From Christensenellaceae bacterium Phil7 (lineage in GTDB: Bacteria > Bacillota > Clostridia > Christensenellales > CAG-138), in the NCBI GenBank assembly GCA_001940845.1, contig MSGV01000023.1, forward strand, positions 404,355 through 468,354: a stretch of 64,000 nucleotides of DNA, in the 5' to 3' direction. Shown here piece after piece: positions 10,977 to 21,619 of the stretch. The notes beneath the pieces are model-generated. The model was not told the origin of the DNA, searched no databases, and saw nothing but the letters and a program-made list of their open reading frames with translations. A program made the translations under genes and the position numbers. How positions within the stretch are numbered: position 1 is the first letter of the stretch; each line of letters begins with the position of its first letter.

Positions 10977-11438
10977 TTATACGAGCCCAAGAAATGAATT
11001 TTGCCTTAAACCCTCATAAACAGCAATTGCGACAGAATTGGATAGATTTAGAGAGCGTAAATTTTTGCGCATAGGAATGCGAACACAATCCCCCCATCTC
11101 CTTTTTATAATATCTTGCCCAAGTCCTGCTGTTTCCTTTCCAAATACAAGAAAATCTCCTGGGCAAAATTTTACATCCGAATAATTTCGCTCTGCATGAG
11201 TGGTAAACAAAAAGAATTTCGAATCCGGGTATGCAGCTTCAACCTCATCAAAGCTATCATAATAGTGGATTTGAAGTTCATCCCAATAATCGAGCCCTGC
11301 GCGCTTAAGGTATCTGTCGTCCACGGAAAAACCGAGTGGGCGCACCAGATGCAGTGCACAGCCAGTAACAGCACAGGTTCGAGAAATATTACCCGTATTC
11401 TGAGGAATCTCGGGCTGGACAAGTACGATGTTAAACAT
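10977..11438 (-). CDS. trmL: tRNA (cytidine/uridine-34 2'-O)-methyltransferase, SpoU family
   Basis: MFNIVLVQPEIPQNTGNISRTCAVTG...LHLVRPLGF...YLKRAGLDYW is typical of TrmL. Confidence 0.9.
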   Translation of the reverse strand: MFNIVLVQPEIPQNTGNISRTCAVTGCALHLVRPLGFSVDDRYLKRAGLDYWDELQIHYYDSFDEVEAAYPDSKFFLFTTHAERNYSDVKFCPGDFLVFGKETAGLGQDIIKRRWGDCVRIPMRKNLRSLNLSNSVAIAVYEGLRQNSFLGLV

Positions 11439-11533
11439 GGTTATATTTTAACAGGACTTGACAAAATATCAAGAGCAACTTGCAAACTATATAAAAATTT
11501 TTCTGTGTATCATTATCGTAAAAACTTAGAATA

Positions 11534-13264
11534 TCACAATTCCAATTCCGCTATCGTCGCTGCAACAACAGCTGCCCGATCAAATTCCATTTCAATTTTT
11601 CTGCGTCCGGCAATTCCCATTCGCATTCTTTTTTTATTATCAAGTTCCAGAAAAGCATCCATGGCATCATGAAGAGAATTTTCATCTTTTGCCTTTACCA
11701 AGAAACCTGATTCTCTATCATTTACTGCTTCTCGGCAACCGGGTATATCGCTCGTTATCAAAGGCCGGCCTATCGCTGCGGCCTCCAGCAGAACATTGCT
11801 CATTCCCTCATGATAACTGGGCAGCACAACACAATCCGCAGCCTGATAAAAGGGAATTGGATTCTGCTGAAACCCGTGGAACACGGCAATGCCTTCGTTT
11901 TCCATACTTTTAATAGCCGCTTCATACTCTTCCTCAAAGAATCCGACAAGATCCAGCACAAAGTGCTTCCCTTCAGCAAAAAGTCTGCGTGCGGAGGCAA
12001 AAAGCTCATCAATACCCTTCTCGCGCATTATCCTTCCCAAATACAGGAAATGTACACACTCATTATTCGGATATTCACTCAATGCAAACCTATCAAGATT
12101 TACTCCGGCTCCCTTCAAAACGACCTGCCGACCAACATCGACGATCCCAAGCTCTCTAAACCTGGCAGCATTTGATTCATTTTCAAAAAATACCTTCGTA
12201 ACCCCTGAAAATGCAATCCTATACATTATAGTCACTAACCGAGCAAGTTTTTTCTCTTGAAATGCTGTACCAAGTCCCTGAACATTGGCAAAATACGGAA
12301 CTTTCAGCTTTTTACAGGCAATACCTGCATATATGTTTGGCTTTATCGAATATGTAACAACAAAATTTGGAGCCTCATTTTTTATGATTTTTCTATATTT
12401 TTTCATAAGTTTGAAATCTTTAAGCGGATTCTGCCCTCTTCGCTCAATGTCTATATTTATCAGCTGAATTCCGAGTGCTTCAAAATCAGCCTCATGCCCC
12501 ACAAACGGCGTGACAACAACAAGCTCATGCGCAGCCAGCAGACCTTCCATTAACTCATGACGAAATTGCCAAAGCATATAAGAATGATTCGTTATCATCA
12601 TTATTTTATTTTTTTTATTTATGTGCAATGCCCCTGTTCCGCCTTCGACAACTCCATCACTTTTTAAAACAGCTAAAAAAGTTTTAAAAAAGCACTTACA
12701 ATCCAAAGCGAATCCAAAATTCTCAACATAGTAACCATCAAGCTGAACTTTTTCCTCAAGATCTAACTCATCCCGACCATGAATCTGCGCCCAACCCGTT
12801 AACCCTGGCTTAACATCATTTGCATGATACTCATCGCGAGCAGCTATAAGATCGTATTGATTCCACAATGCCGGACGCGGACCAATCATGGACATATCTC
12901 CAACCAATATATTGAAAAGCTGAGGAAGCTCATCAAGGGAAGTTTTGCGCAGAATCCTTCCAATCTTAGTTATGTATCTATTTGGATCTTTGAGCAAATG
13001 CGTCGGCGTATCATGCGGAGTATCCATACGCATACTGCGAAATTTATATAGCTTAAATTGCTTTTTATTGAGCCCAACACGCAGTTGGCTGAAAAAAACA
13101 GGAGCCTTGATACCATCCTCCAGCTTTATTGCAATTATAATAACCAGAAACAGCGGTAATAGAATTATGAGCCCCAATGCCGCAAGAGTAGTATCAATTA
13201 TTTCCTTTATCGTACAGTATGCATCATGCTTTTTCATAGATGCAATTTTTGTATTTTCAGGCAT
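11534..13264 (-). CDS. Fusion protein: small monotopic phosphoglycosyltransferase (PglC/WbaP C-terminal-like) plus GT4 glycosyltransferase
   Basis: N-terminal ~210 aa: re-entrant helix, KFRSM, LDELPQL, GPRP, GLTGWAQ. C-terminal ~365 aa: GT-B/GT4 fold with the EX7E region (HEGMSNVLLEAAAIG). ATG 13264 has GGAGG 5 nt upstream. Confidence 0.85.
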   Translation of the reverse strand: MPENTKIASMKKHDAYCTIKEIIDTTLAALGLIILLPLFLVIIIAIKLEDGIKAPVFFSQLRVGLNKKQFKLYKFRSMRMDTPHDTPTHLLKDPNRYITKIGRILRKTSLDELPQLFNILVGDMSMIGPRPALWNQYDLIAARDEYHANDVKPGLTGWAQIHGRDELDLEEKVQLDGYYVENFGFALDCKCFFKTFLAVLKSDGVVEGGTGALHINKKNKIMMITNHSYMLWQFRHELMEGLLAAHELVVVTPFVGHEADFEALGIQLINIDIERRGQNPLKDFKLMKKYRKIIKNEAPNFVVTYSIKPNIYAGIACKKLKVPYFANVQGLGTAFQEKKLARLVTIMYRIAFSGVTKVFFENESNAARFRELGIVDVGRQVVLKGAGVNLDRFALSEYPNNECVHFLYLGRIMREKGIDELFASARRLFAEGKHFVLDLVGFFEEEYEAAIKSMENEGIAVFHGFQQNPIPFYQAADCVVLPSYHEGMSNVLLEAAAIGRPLITSDIPGCREAVNDRESGFLVKAKDENSLHDAMDAFLELDNKKRMRMGIAGRRKIEMEFDRAAVVAATIAELEL

Positions 13265-13403
13265 GCCGGCCTCCAAAATTGAATCCTGCTATGGATATGG
13301 AAAATCAATTCAACATTCATCAGACCCACAGCTTATTAATTATAGCACAAATTATTCAATATGTATATGGTAAATGTAAAATCCATGTATAGAATAATGA
13401 TAA

Positions 13404-13441
13404 TAAATCAAAATCCCCTAAGCACACACGGCCTTGGGGAT
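13404..13441 (-). terminator. Rho-independent terminator of the decarboxylase operon
   Basis: Minus-strand hairpin ATCCCCAAGG...CTTAGGGGAT followed by TTTTGATTT. Confidence 0.7.
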
Positions 13442-13465
13442 CAAACACCAGTTATTCTTCCATCG

Positions 13466-14932
13466 CTAGAGCGGCATTCCTTCCGTTAAATCCTCAACAT
13501 AGATAGTACGAACCGAGTCAGCTTTATCAGCATTCCTTTCCAACCGATTCGATTGCGCTGTCTGCTGTCTACCCACTTCTTCCGCCTCCCTATCAGCTTT
13601 ACGCCTTGCGAAGAAATCAAGAGCTACCTTGGGGAACAGTGCATAGCTGAGCACATCTTCCTCCTGCTCCGCCAAATCACCAAGCTCATTCCTATAGTTT
13701 TCAAGCTCCGGCTCAAGCAGATCTGCCGGACGACAGGTTATAACCGACTCATCTCCTATAGCCTTCCTGCGCACCTCTTCATTGACCTCTCCCGGAAGCC
13801 TTCCGTATTCGCCATGTAAAAGTCCCTTGGATTCTTTTGAAAACATCTTATAGCGTTCACCGGCTATAACGTTGAGCACCGCCTGCGCTCCAACTATCTG
13901 GCTTGTTGGCGTCACCAGCGGAGGGTACCCAAAATCCTTGCGTACACGCGGTACCTCTTCAAGAACCTGATAATACTTATCCTCTGCATTGGCTTGCTTG
14001 AGCTGAGAAATGAGATTCGAAAGCATTCCTCCCGGCACCTGATATATCAACGTGTTTGTATCCACGGACAATACCTTAGGATCAAGGAATCCATCCCTTT
14101 TCAGTCTATCTGCCACCGGGCGGAAAAGCTTTGCGGCCTCACTCAATCTCGCAAGATCAAGCCCGGTATCGTATTGCGTGCCCTTTAATGCAGCTACAAG
14201 GCTCTCCGTTGCAGGCTGACTTGTTCCATTACCGAGCGGCGAGAGTGCTGTATCCACTATATCAACTCCTGCAAAAGCAGCCATAAGCAGCGTCATATCT
14301 CCCGTTCCGGTCGTGTTATGGGTATGCAGATGGATAGGAACATTCACCTCGGCTTTCAGCCGTTTTATAAGCTCATATGCCGGCAAAGGCAATAGCAGGT
14401 TAGCCATATCCTTGATACAAATGGAATCTGCACCCATCTGGACGAGCTCTTTTGCCAGCTTTACAAAATAATCCTCGCTATGCACCGGGCTTATAGTGTA
14501 GCTTATTGCGGGCTCACAATGGCCGCCATATTTTTTCGTGAACTTAATTGCGGATTCAAGATTACGAATGTCATTGAGTGCATCAAATATTCTTATGACA
14601 TCAATCCCATTTTCAATGGCCTTTCGACAAAATTGCTCCACAACATCATCCGCATAATGCTTATAGCCAAGAATATTCTGTCCGCGAAACAGCATTTGAA
14701 GCCGCGTATTCGGAAGATGCTTTTTAAGTATTCGCAATCTTTCCCAAGGGTCCTCATTGAGGAATCTGAGACAAGCATCGAATGTCGCTCCTCCCCAGCA
14801 TTCAAGGGACCAGTACCCCATGCTGTCAAGCAGCTCGCAGGCAGGCAGCATTTCATCGGTACGCATGCGAGTCGCCGCCTGAGATTGATGCGCATCTCGA
14901 AGAATCGTATCAGTTATATAGAGTTTACTCAT
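13466..14932 (-). CDS. Oxaloacetate decarboxylase alpha-type carboxyltransferase subunit (5S/PycB-like, no fused biotin domain)
   Basis: N-terminus ITDTILRDAHQSQAATRMRT..ECWGGATFD is typical of the carboxyltransferase TIM barrel. 488 aa. Confidence 0.9.
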   Translation of the reverse strand: MSKLYITDTILRDAHQSQAATRMRTDEMLPACELLDSMGYWSLECWGGATFDACLRFLNEDPWERLRILKKHLPNTRLQMLFRGQNILGYKHYADDVVEQFCRKAIENGIDVIRIFDALNDIRNLESAIKFTKKYGGHCEPAISYTISPVHSEDYFVKLAKELVQMGADSICIKDMANLLLPLPAYELIKRLKAEVNVPIHLHTHNTTGTGDMTLLMAAFAGVDIVDTALSPLGNGTSQPATESLVAALKGTQYDTGLDLARLSEAAKLFRPVADRLKRDGFLDPKVLSVDTNTLIYQVPGGMLSNLISQLKQANAEDKYYQVLEEVPRVRKDFGYPPLVTPTSQIVGAQAVLNVIAGERYKMFSKESKGLLHGEYGRLPGEVNEEVRRKAIGDESVITCRPADLLEPELENYRNELGDLAEQEEDVLSYALFPKVALDFFARRKADREAEEVGRQQTAQSNRLERNADKADSVRTIYVEDLTEGMPL

Positions 14933-14982
14933 TAAAAACCTCCTAAATGATTAGGATAACTATGTGAGCCAGTATAGTCACA

Positions 14983-16170
14983 TCAGCCGAACAGTGACAG
15001 GAAGACGCCCGCAGCGATCGCAGAACCGATAACTCCGGCGACATTTGGTCCCATCGCATGCATCAGGAGAAAGTTTCCTGGATTTTCCTTTTGACCTTCA
15101 ATCTGAGCAACACGCGCCGCCATCGGAACCGCCGATACACCCGCTGAGCCAATCAGCGGATTTATCTTGCCGCCCGATATCCAGTTCATCAGCTTTGCAA
15201 ACAGCACACCGCCGCATGTACCTATTATGAATGCACAGATACCCATTGCAAGTATGCCCAGGGTTTCCAGATTGAGGAATGCATCTGCTGTTGCCGTCGC
15301 TCCAACACTGATTCCAAGAAAAATGGTAACGATATTGCATAGCTCATTTTGAGCAGTCTTGGATAATCTATCCGTAACTCCGCATTCGCGAAGCAAATTG
15401 CCCAACATCAGCATGCCTACCAATGCAGCTGCCGAGGGCACCAATAACGCAACAAAAATGGTTACAACGATCGGAAACACAATGCGCTCCGTCTTATTCA
15501 CAGGTCGAAGCTGCTCCATAACTATCGAGCGTTCCTTCTTCGTTGTCAGCATTCGCATAAACGGGGGCTGAATGAAGGGAACAAGTGCCATGTATGAATA
15601 TGCTGCAATAGCGATAGGGCCAAGCTTATCCGGAGCCAGCTTTGATGTCACATAGATAGCAGTCGGCCCATCAGCTCCGCCTATGATTCCAATTGCCGCT
15701 GCCAATCCATCGCTAAAGTTAAAAATATATTTTGCGCCGATGAAAGCCGCAAAAATACCCAGCTGCGCGGCGGCACCAAGAAGCAAGCTCTTGGGATTGG
15801 CTATCAACGGCCCAAAGTCCGTCATCGCACCGACTCCCAAAAAGATCAATGATGGATAAATCCCAAGCTTGACGCCAAGGTATAAATAGTCTATCAAACC
15901 GCCGGAAGCAGTCAGCAGCTTCCAGTTTATGTGTCCGCCCTCAAATATAAATGCATGAAACATTCCCGAATTCGGAATATTTGTAAGCAGCATACCGAAT
16001 GCGATCGGCAGCAGCAAGAGCGGCTCAAATCTCTTTACTATGGCCAGATAGAGCAGGAAGCAGGCAATGAGGATCATCACCATATATTTCCACGCTCCGG
16101 GCTGGGTGAAAAAAGCATGGAAGCCCGTTCCCTCCCAGAAGGCCTTTAATGCTTCAATAACAGCTTCCAT
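14983..16170 (-). CDS. Na+-translocating decarboxylase beta subunit (OadB/GcdB/MmdB family)
   Basis: 395-aa polytopic membrane protein with family-typical segments ([27 protein letters not shown]). Confidence 0.92.
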   Translation of the reverse strand: MEAVIEALKAFWEGTGFHAFFTQPGAWKYMVMILIACFLLYLAIVKRFEPLLLLPIAFGMLLTNIPNSGMFHAFIFEGGHINWKLLTASGGLIDYLYLGVKLGIYPSLIFLGVGAMTDFGPLIANPKSLLLGAAAQLGIFAAFIGAKYIFNFSDGLAAAIGIIGGADGPTAIYVTSKLAPDKLGPIAIAAYSYMALVPFIQPPFMRMLTTKKERSIVMEQLRPVNKTERIVFPIVVTIFVALLVPSAAALVGMLMLGNLLRECGVTDRLSKTAQNELCNIVTIFLGISVGATATADAFLNLETLGILAMGICAFIIGTCGGVLFAKLMNWISGGKINPLIGSAGVSAVPMAARVAQIEGQKENPGNFLLMHAMGPNVAGVIGSAIAAGVFLSLFG

Positions 16171-16175
16171 AGAAT

Positions 16176-16544
16176 TTATACATATGCAATGAGTGCTTCG
16201 CCTGAGTTTACAACAGTACCCTTGCCGACATTAACCGAAACTACCCTTCCATCCGTAGGTGCCATGATTTCATTTTCCATCTTCATCGCTTCAAGCACGA
16301 TGAGAACTTGACCACTGCGGAAAGTATCACCTGGCTTTACATTGACTGATAATATTGAGCCCGGCATTGGAGCATTTATCGTTTTTTCACTTCCTGCCGG
16401 AGTTGATACTTTTTTATTGTGGTTCGAAGCTCCATTTGCAGCTTTTGAAGGCATGTCAGACTCCGAGGAAGCACTTCCCGCAGTCACCTCTTCCACTTCA
16501 ACTTCATAGCTTGTGCCATTCACATTAACGATAAACTTACGCAT
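16176..16544 (-). CDS. Biotin carboxyl carrier subunit
   Basis: Biotinyl-lysine motif EAMKMENEI in a 122-aa protein with an Ala/Ser/Pro-rich linker. Confidence 0.9.
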   Translation of the reverse strand: MRKFIVNVNGTSYEVEVEEVTAGSASSESDMPSKAANGASNHNKKVSTPAGSEKTINAPMPGSILSVNVKPGDTFRSGQVLIVLEAMKMENEIMAPTDGRVVSVNVGKGTVVNSGEALIAYV

Positions 16545-16619
16545 CCTGACCTCCTAATGATTGAAATATGTATTTTTTGCTATGCTTACCTTGCAGGTCT
16601 GCATGTTATGAAAAAGCAT

Positions 16620-17051
16620 TCATCCCAGCCTCTTTATAGAGGTTATACGAAATGAATTGCTATCCACACCTGAACTTTCCGAAATAGCGGCAGCAATCGC
16701 CGCTATGATCTCGCGGCGATCATTGTTATCCGACAAATTTTTTACATCCGATATTCTTCGTATGGATGTGATCCTGATATTATCAGCATTCATGACCTCT
16801 CCAATCGCAGCTGAGACTGCGGCAATCAGATTATGACGCTCATCCCTTGACATCGGAGCATGGCTCCCCGTATTCGGCGATGAAGACGGCAAAATATCCA
16901 CCGTCGGCTTTGCCCCTGCACCCTTCTTCCTGCCTATTTTAACAAACAAGAAAGAACATAGAAGCGTCATGAGCTTAACTATGAACACGATACATATCAG
17001 ACCGATAAAAACTATCATCATGCCGATAAAAAGTACTATAAGAGGATTCAT
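16620..17051 (-). CDS. OadG-like small membrane subunit of the Na+ decarboxylase
   Basis: N-terminal TM helix (PLIVLFIGMMIVFIGLICIVFIV). Two copies of an IAA(V/I)xAAI...RITSI(R/K)R motif. First gene of the operon. ATG 17051 preferred over TTG 17057. Confidence 0.7.
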   Translation of the reverse strand: MNPLIVLFIGMMIVFIGLICIVFIVKLMTLLCSFLFVKIGRKKGAGAKPTVDILPSSSPNTGSHAPMSRDERHNLIAAVSAAIGEVMNADNIRITSIRRISDVKNLSDNNDRREIIAAIAAAISESSGVDSNSFRITSIKRLG

Positions 17052-17370
17052 AACCAACCTTTCCCGATCAAGCCTCAGCCAAAATCGTTCAAATTGTGCT
17101 GTTCAGCAGGGAGTTCTATCAACATTTCCTTCCTCCCCACATTAGTCATTATACCACGTTATCCCCCTATTTTCCTCTGCCCAAATAATATTTTATTTCT
17201 TTTGTTCTGCCACCTTCGTATATCTTTATGTTCTCAATAATCTATATTGAAACAAATGCCTGCTCAAGCATTTTTTCTTTTGGCTGACTGATGTACCTGT
17301 TTGATATCAATAAACTGCACCGATTTGATTCTCAAAACCTCACATATGCCTGTATATTTGTTTTTATTCG

Positions 17371-17399
17371 TTTACTTCATGAATTAATTATGTTATAAT
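17371..17399 (+). promoter_or_regulatory. Sigma-A-type promoter upstream of tig
   Basis: TTTACT (17371-76), 17-nt spacer, TGtTATAAT extended -10 (TATAAT 17394-99). Confidence 0.5.
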
Positions 17400-17514
17400 A
17401 CCACGATGTGGACTTTTCTACGGATTCTACCAAGGAACTGCATCCATTGATTACAAAAATCGATGAGACTTTTAACGATTCGGTCCATCGGTTTGATATA
17501 AATTGGAGGAATAT

Positions 17515-18864
17515 ATGTCAGAACTCATTCGCGTTGAAGACGGAAAGTTCAAATTCGAGCTTCAGATTTCTGCTGAAGATTATGTAAAGGCACTCGATAG
17601 CTGCTACCATAGGGTTGGGTCCAAATATCAGATGCCGGGCTTTCGCAAGGGCAAGACTCCGCGCCGAGTTATAGAGAATGCCTATGGCCATGACACATTT
17701 TGGGACAAAGAGTTTGATGAGTTGATACAGCAGGCCTGCTCCGAAGCGTTTCAAGAGCACAGCATCATTCCGGAGCTTCAGCCCAATGTCACCATTACAG
17801 ATGCATCTGAGCAGGATGGCGTTCGTTTTACCGCTGAGGTCGTTGTTCATCCGACCGTTGAACTGGGACAGTACAAGGGTATAGAAGTACCTCGAATTGA
17901 GTATACTGTTACGGACGAGGATGTTGAAAAAGAGATCAAAAACAGGCTTGAGGCAGCAGCTCGTACAATAAGCGTCGATCGTCCTGTTCAGGATGGTGAT
18001 ACAACCCGCATTGATTTTGCAGGTTTCTTGGGCGATGAACAGTTTGAGGGCGGAACGGCAGAAAACTATGAACTCAAGATCGGGTCGCACACATTTATTC
18101 CCGGTTTTGAAGAGCAGATGATAGGTATGGTCAAGGAGGAAGAGCGCGATATAAACGTTACCTTCCCAGAGGATTATCAGGCCGAGAATCTAGCAGGCAA
18201 GCCCGTCATTTTCAAGGTCAAGGTTCATGATATCAATTACACTGAAGTTCCCATGCTCGATGATGATTTCGTTCAGGACACTTCAGAATTTTCAACCGTT
18301 GCCGAATATAAAGATGGAGTACGCGGCGAACTGGAAAAAAAGGCCGTTCTCGATGCCCGCCTTCAGTTTGAGAATGCCGCAATGCAGACTGCTATCGATA
18401 ATGCCGAGGTGCAGATCCATGCCGATATCGTAGAGGCTGAGATCGATATGCAGGTTCGTAGGTTTGAACAGCAGCTCGGCATGTATAATCTTGATCTTCC
18501 CGGATATCTTGACTATGCCGGAATTACAATGGAAACTCTCCGCGAGGAGTACAGGAGCGGTGCTCTTTCTTCATTAAAAGGTCAGTATGTCATAAGTGCA
18601 ATAATTGAAGCTGAAAAGATTGAGCCCACCGAAGAAAACTATGTGCAGACCGTACGCAGATACAATCAGCAGAACGCTGCATGGGATGATGATAAGGTGA
18701 AGGAAGAGCTTGAAAAGAATCGCAGTAAATATGTCTCCGGCGCCTATTTTGAAGCAGTACTTGCGCTTGTCGCAGGCTCCGCGATCGAGATCGAACCAAA
18801 GCATGAATGCGATTGCGGCTGCGATCATGACCACGAGCATGTGCACGACTGTGAGAATGCATAA
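17515..18864 (+). CDS. tig: Trigger factor with a Cys/His-rich C-terminal tail
   Basis: GGAGG 5 nt upstream of ATG 17515. FKBP-type PPIase core (GFRKGK...[12 protein letters not shown]). The tail reads [21 protein letters not shown]. Confidence 0.95.
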   Translation: MSELIRVEDGKFKFELQISAEDYVKALDSCYHRVGSKYQMPGFRKGKTPRRVIENAYGHDTFWDKEFDELIQQACSEAFQEHSIIPELQPNVTITDASEQDGVRFTAEVVVHPTVELGQYKGIEVPRIEYTVTDEDVEKEIKNRLEAAARTISVDRPVQDGDTTRIDFAGFLGDEQFEGGTAENYELKIGSHTFIPGFEEQMIGMVKEEERDINVTFPEDYQAENLAGKPVIFKVKVHDINYTEVPMLDDDFVQDTSEFSTVAEYKDGVRGELEKKAVLDARLQFENAAMQTAIDNAEVQIHADIVEAEIDMQVRRFEQQLGMYNLDLPGYLDYAGITMETLREEYRSGALSSLKGQYVISAIIEAEKIEPTEENYVQTVRRYNQQNAAWDDDKVKEELEKNRSKYVSGAYFEAVLALVAGSAIEIEPKHECDCGCDHDHEHVHDCENA

Positions 18865-18914
18865 GCTCTATTCTGAATAAATTATTTAAGATTAGCATCG
18901 AAGAGGAGGTCAGC

Positions 18915-19502
18915 ATGAGCAGCTTAATTCCTATGGTAGTCGAACAGACTAACAAGGGCGAACGTTCGTACGATATATATTCAAGGCTATTGAAGGATCG
19001 CATCATCTTTCTGGGTTCCGAAATCAATGACGATGAGGCGAATCTGGTAGTTGCACAAATGCTGTTCCTGGAAGCCGATGATCCGGATAAGGATATCTAT
19101 CTCTACATAAATAGTCCCGGAGGTGTTATCAGTGCAGGTCTTGCCATATACGATACGATGCAGTACATTCATTGTGAGGTAAACACGATCTGTATAGGCA
19201 TGGCTGCATCCATGGGTGCATTCCTGCTCGCAGCAGGTGCAAAGGGAAAGCGTAAAGCTTTGCCTAACAGCGAGATAATGATCCACCAGCCTTCCGGCGG
19301 TGCAAGCGGGCAGGCCAGTGACGTCAAAATACATGCCGAGCACATCATCCAAACTCGCAGAAAGCTGAACGAGATCCTTGCAGCACGTACCGGCAGAAGC
19401 ATTGAACAGATTGCGATAGATACGGAGCGCGATAATTTCCTCAGCGCGGATGAAGCACTGGAATACGGTTTGATCGATGAGATCATCCCGCCCAGAAGAT
19501 GA
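18915..19502 (+). CDS. clpP: ATP-dependent Clp protease proteolytic subunit
   Basis: [18 protein letters not shown]..., catalytic Ser context [14 protein letters not shown]. Confidence 0.97.
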   Translation: MSSLIPMVVEQTNKGERSYDIYSRLLKDRIIFLGSEINDDEANLVVAQMLFLEADDPDKDIYLYINSPGGVISAGLAIYDTMQYIHCEVNTICIGMAASMGAFLLAAGAKGKRKALPNSEIMIHQPSGGASGQASDVKIHAEHIIQTRRKLNEILAARTGRSIEQIAIDTERDNFLSADEALEYGLIDEIIPPRR

Positions 19503-19524
19503 AAAGGAGGAGTTATCGGATTCT

Positions 19525-20778
19525 ATGGCGATACATAACGATAATTTAAAGATATGTTCCTTTTGCGGAAGGTTTCAGGATGAGGTAGATCGTCTTTTTG
19601 CCGCTCCTTCCGGCGACATTTTCATTTGCAATAACTGTGTTGAACTCTGCTATGAGATGCTGGGCAGCGTGCAGCAAGAAGCGGATGCAAGCCTTGATTC
19701 AATGGCATTGCCAAAACCAATGGAAATCACCCGCACTCTTGATGACTATGTAATCGGTCAGGAACACGCAAAAAAAGCCCTTGCAGTTGCTGTTTATAAT
19801 CACTATAAACGCATTACTGCGCCCCAGACCGAAACTGAAGCAGAGCTTGGCAAGAGCAATATTCTCATGCTGGGACCCACCGGCTGCGGCAAGACCCTCC
19901 TTGCAGAAACCCTTGCCAGAATGCTTGATGTGCCTTTTGCGGTTGCTGATGCAACTTCGCTTACCGAAGCAGGTTATGTCGGAGAGGATGTCGAAAACAT
20001 CCTGCTAAAGCTCCTGCAATCTGCAAATTATGATATTGAACGCGCTGAACGGGGTATCATCTATATTGATGAGATCGATAAAATTGCTCGAAAGGGTGAA
20101 AATGTATCGATCACACGCGATGTTTCCGGAGAGGGTGTTCAGCAGGCATTGCTGAAAATCCTTGAAGGGACCATAGCTTCCGTCCCTCCACAGGGCGGGC
20201 GCAAACATCCTCATCAGGAGTTCATCCAGATCAATACCGCAAACATTCTTTTCATTTGCGGAGGTGCATTTGCCGGAATCGAAGATATCATTTCCAGACG
20301 TACCGGTAAAAAGAATCTTGGTTTTGGCGCAGACGTCCAGTCCAATCTCCAGCGCGATGTTGGCGATGTTTTAAAGGATATTTTACCGGAAGATCTGCTG
20401 AAATTCGGACTCATTCCCGAGTTTGTCGGCCGCGTTCCGATAATTGTGACGCTCGAGCAGCTTTCCGAGGATGCACTGATAAATATATTGACCCAACCCA
20501 AGAATGCTCTGGTTAAGCAATATACACGTTTATTTGAGATGGATGGAGTGCATCTAGAGTTTACCGATGATGCATTGAGCGAGATTGCAAAGCTTACCAT
20601 CGCACGAAACACAGGAGCACGAGGACTGCGGGCGATCATTGAAGATATCATGCTGCCCATCATGTATGAGTTGCCCTCGAGGGATGATATTGACCGTGTA
20701 ATTATAACCAAGGATACGGTTCTGAAAAAGGGAGAGCCCACTTATGTATATAGAGCGGAATGCTTGCCATGCGGCTAA
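19525..20778 (+). CDS. clpX: ATP-dependent Clp protease ATP-binding subunit ClpX
   Basis: Zinc-ribbon CSFCGR...CNNC, Walker A GPTGCGKT, Walker [10 protein letters not shown]. Confidence 0.97.
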   Translation: MAIHNDNLKICSFCGRFQDEVDRLFAAPSGDIFICNNCVELCYEMLGSVQQEADASLDSMALPKPMEITRTLDDYVIGQEHAKKALAVAVYNHYKRITAPQTETEAELGKSNILMLGPTGCGKTLLAETLARMLDVPFAVADATSLTEAGYVGEDVENILLKLLQSANYDIERAERGIIYIDEIDKIARKGENVSITRDVSGEGVQQALLKILEGTIASVPPQGGRKHPHQEFIQINTANILFICGGAFAGIEDIISRRTGKKNLGFGADVQSNLQRDVGDVLKDILPEDLLKFGLIPEFVGRVPIIVTLEQLSEDALINILTQPKNALVKQYTRLFEMDGVHLEFTDDALSEIAKLTIARNTGARGLRAIIEDIMLPIMYELPSRDDIDRVIITKDTVLKKGEPTYVYRAECLPCG

Positions 20779-20857
20779 GCATTATTGATGAATACGGGGG
20801 GCTGTATAACAGTCCCCTATTCGTACATTATAGGATAAAGGATTTTAGGTGAAAAGT

Positions 20858-21610
20858 ATGAAGTTTATTCGAGCAAGCTATCATAACAAAGCTTTCTATG
20901 CTGTGTTAGACGGCGAATTTGTACTGCCGCTTAACGGCACCCCTTATGGAGTGATCGAATATACTGGAGAATGGCTGCGAGCAGCCGATGTCCGGCTGCT
21001 TGCCCCTGCGGAACCAAGTAAAATCGTTGCTGTTGGAAAAAACTACAGAGAACATGCGGCTGAAATGAATGAGGGCTTTCCCGATGAGCCTCTGCTGTTC
21101 CTTAAACCCAATACCTGTATTATTGCAAATGGCGATGACATCATTTATCCAACGATCAGCAAACGTCTTGATTACGAAGGCGAGCTAGGTGTCGTTATCG
21201 GGAAACGTGCTCATGCCGTCAAGAGCGGACATGCTAAGGATTTCATATTCGGTTATACATGCTTGAATGATGTTACCGCAAGAGATATTCAAAAATCCGA
21301 CCCACAATGGACCCGCGGCAAGAGTTTTGATACATTTTGTCCCATAGGACCTCATATCGAAACCTCACTGGATGGAATGAACGCGGCGATTCGTACACGC
21401 TTAAACGGAGAGATTCGGCAGGAATCCAATACATGCATGATGACTCACGGCATAGATAAGCTAATATGCTATATCAGTGAATGTATGACATTGCTGCCCG
21501 GGGACATCATCGCCACCGGAACGCCTGCAGGAATAGGCAGTATGCAGCGAGGAGATGTTGTCGAGGTAGAAATAGGAGGGATAGGCGTACTTCGTAATCG
21601 TATCGTCTAG
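20858..21610 (+). CDS. Fumarylacetoacetate hydrolase (FAH) family protein
   Basis: FAH motifs GKNYREHAAEM, DYEGELGVVIGK, TARDIQ. AGGTGA RBS before ATG 20858. Confidence 0.85.
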   Translation: MKFIRASYHNKAFYAVLDGEFVLPLNGTPYGVIEYTGEWLRAADVRLLAPAEPSKIVAVGKNYREHAAEMNEGFPDEPLLFLKPNTCIIANGDDIIYPTISKRLDYEGELGVVIGKRAHAVKSGHAKDFIFGYTCLNDVTARDIQKSDPQWTRGKSFDTFCPIGPHIETSLDGMNAAIRTRLNGEIRQESNTCMMTHGIDKLICYISECMTLLPGDIIATGTPAGIGSMQRGDVVEVEIGGIGVLRNRIV

Positions 21611-21619
21611 TTTAAAGCA

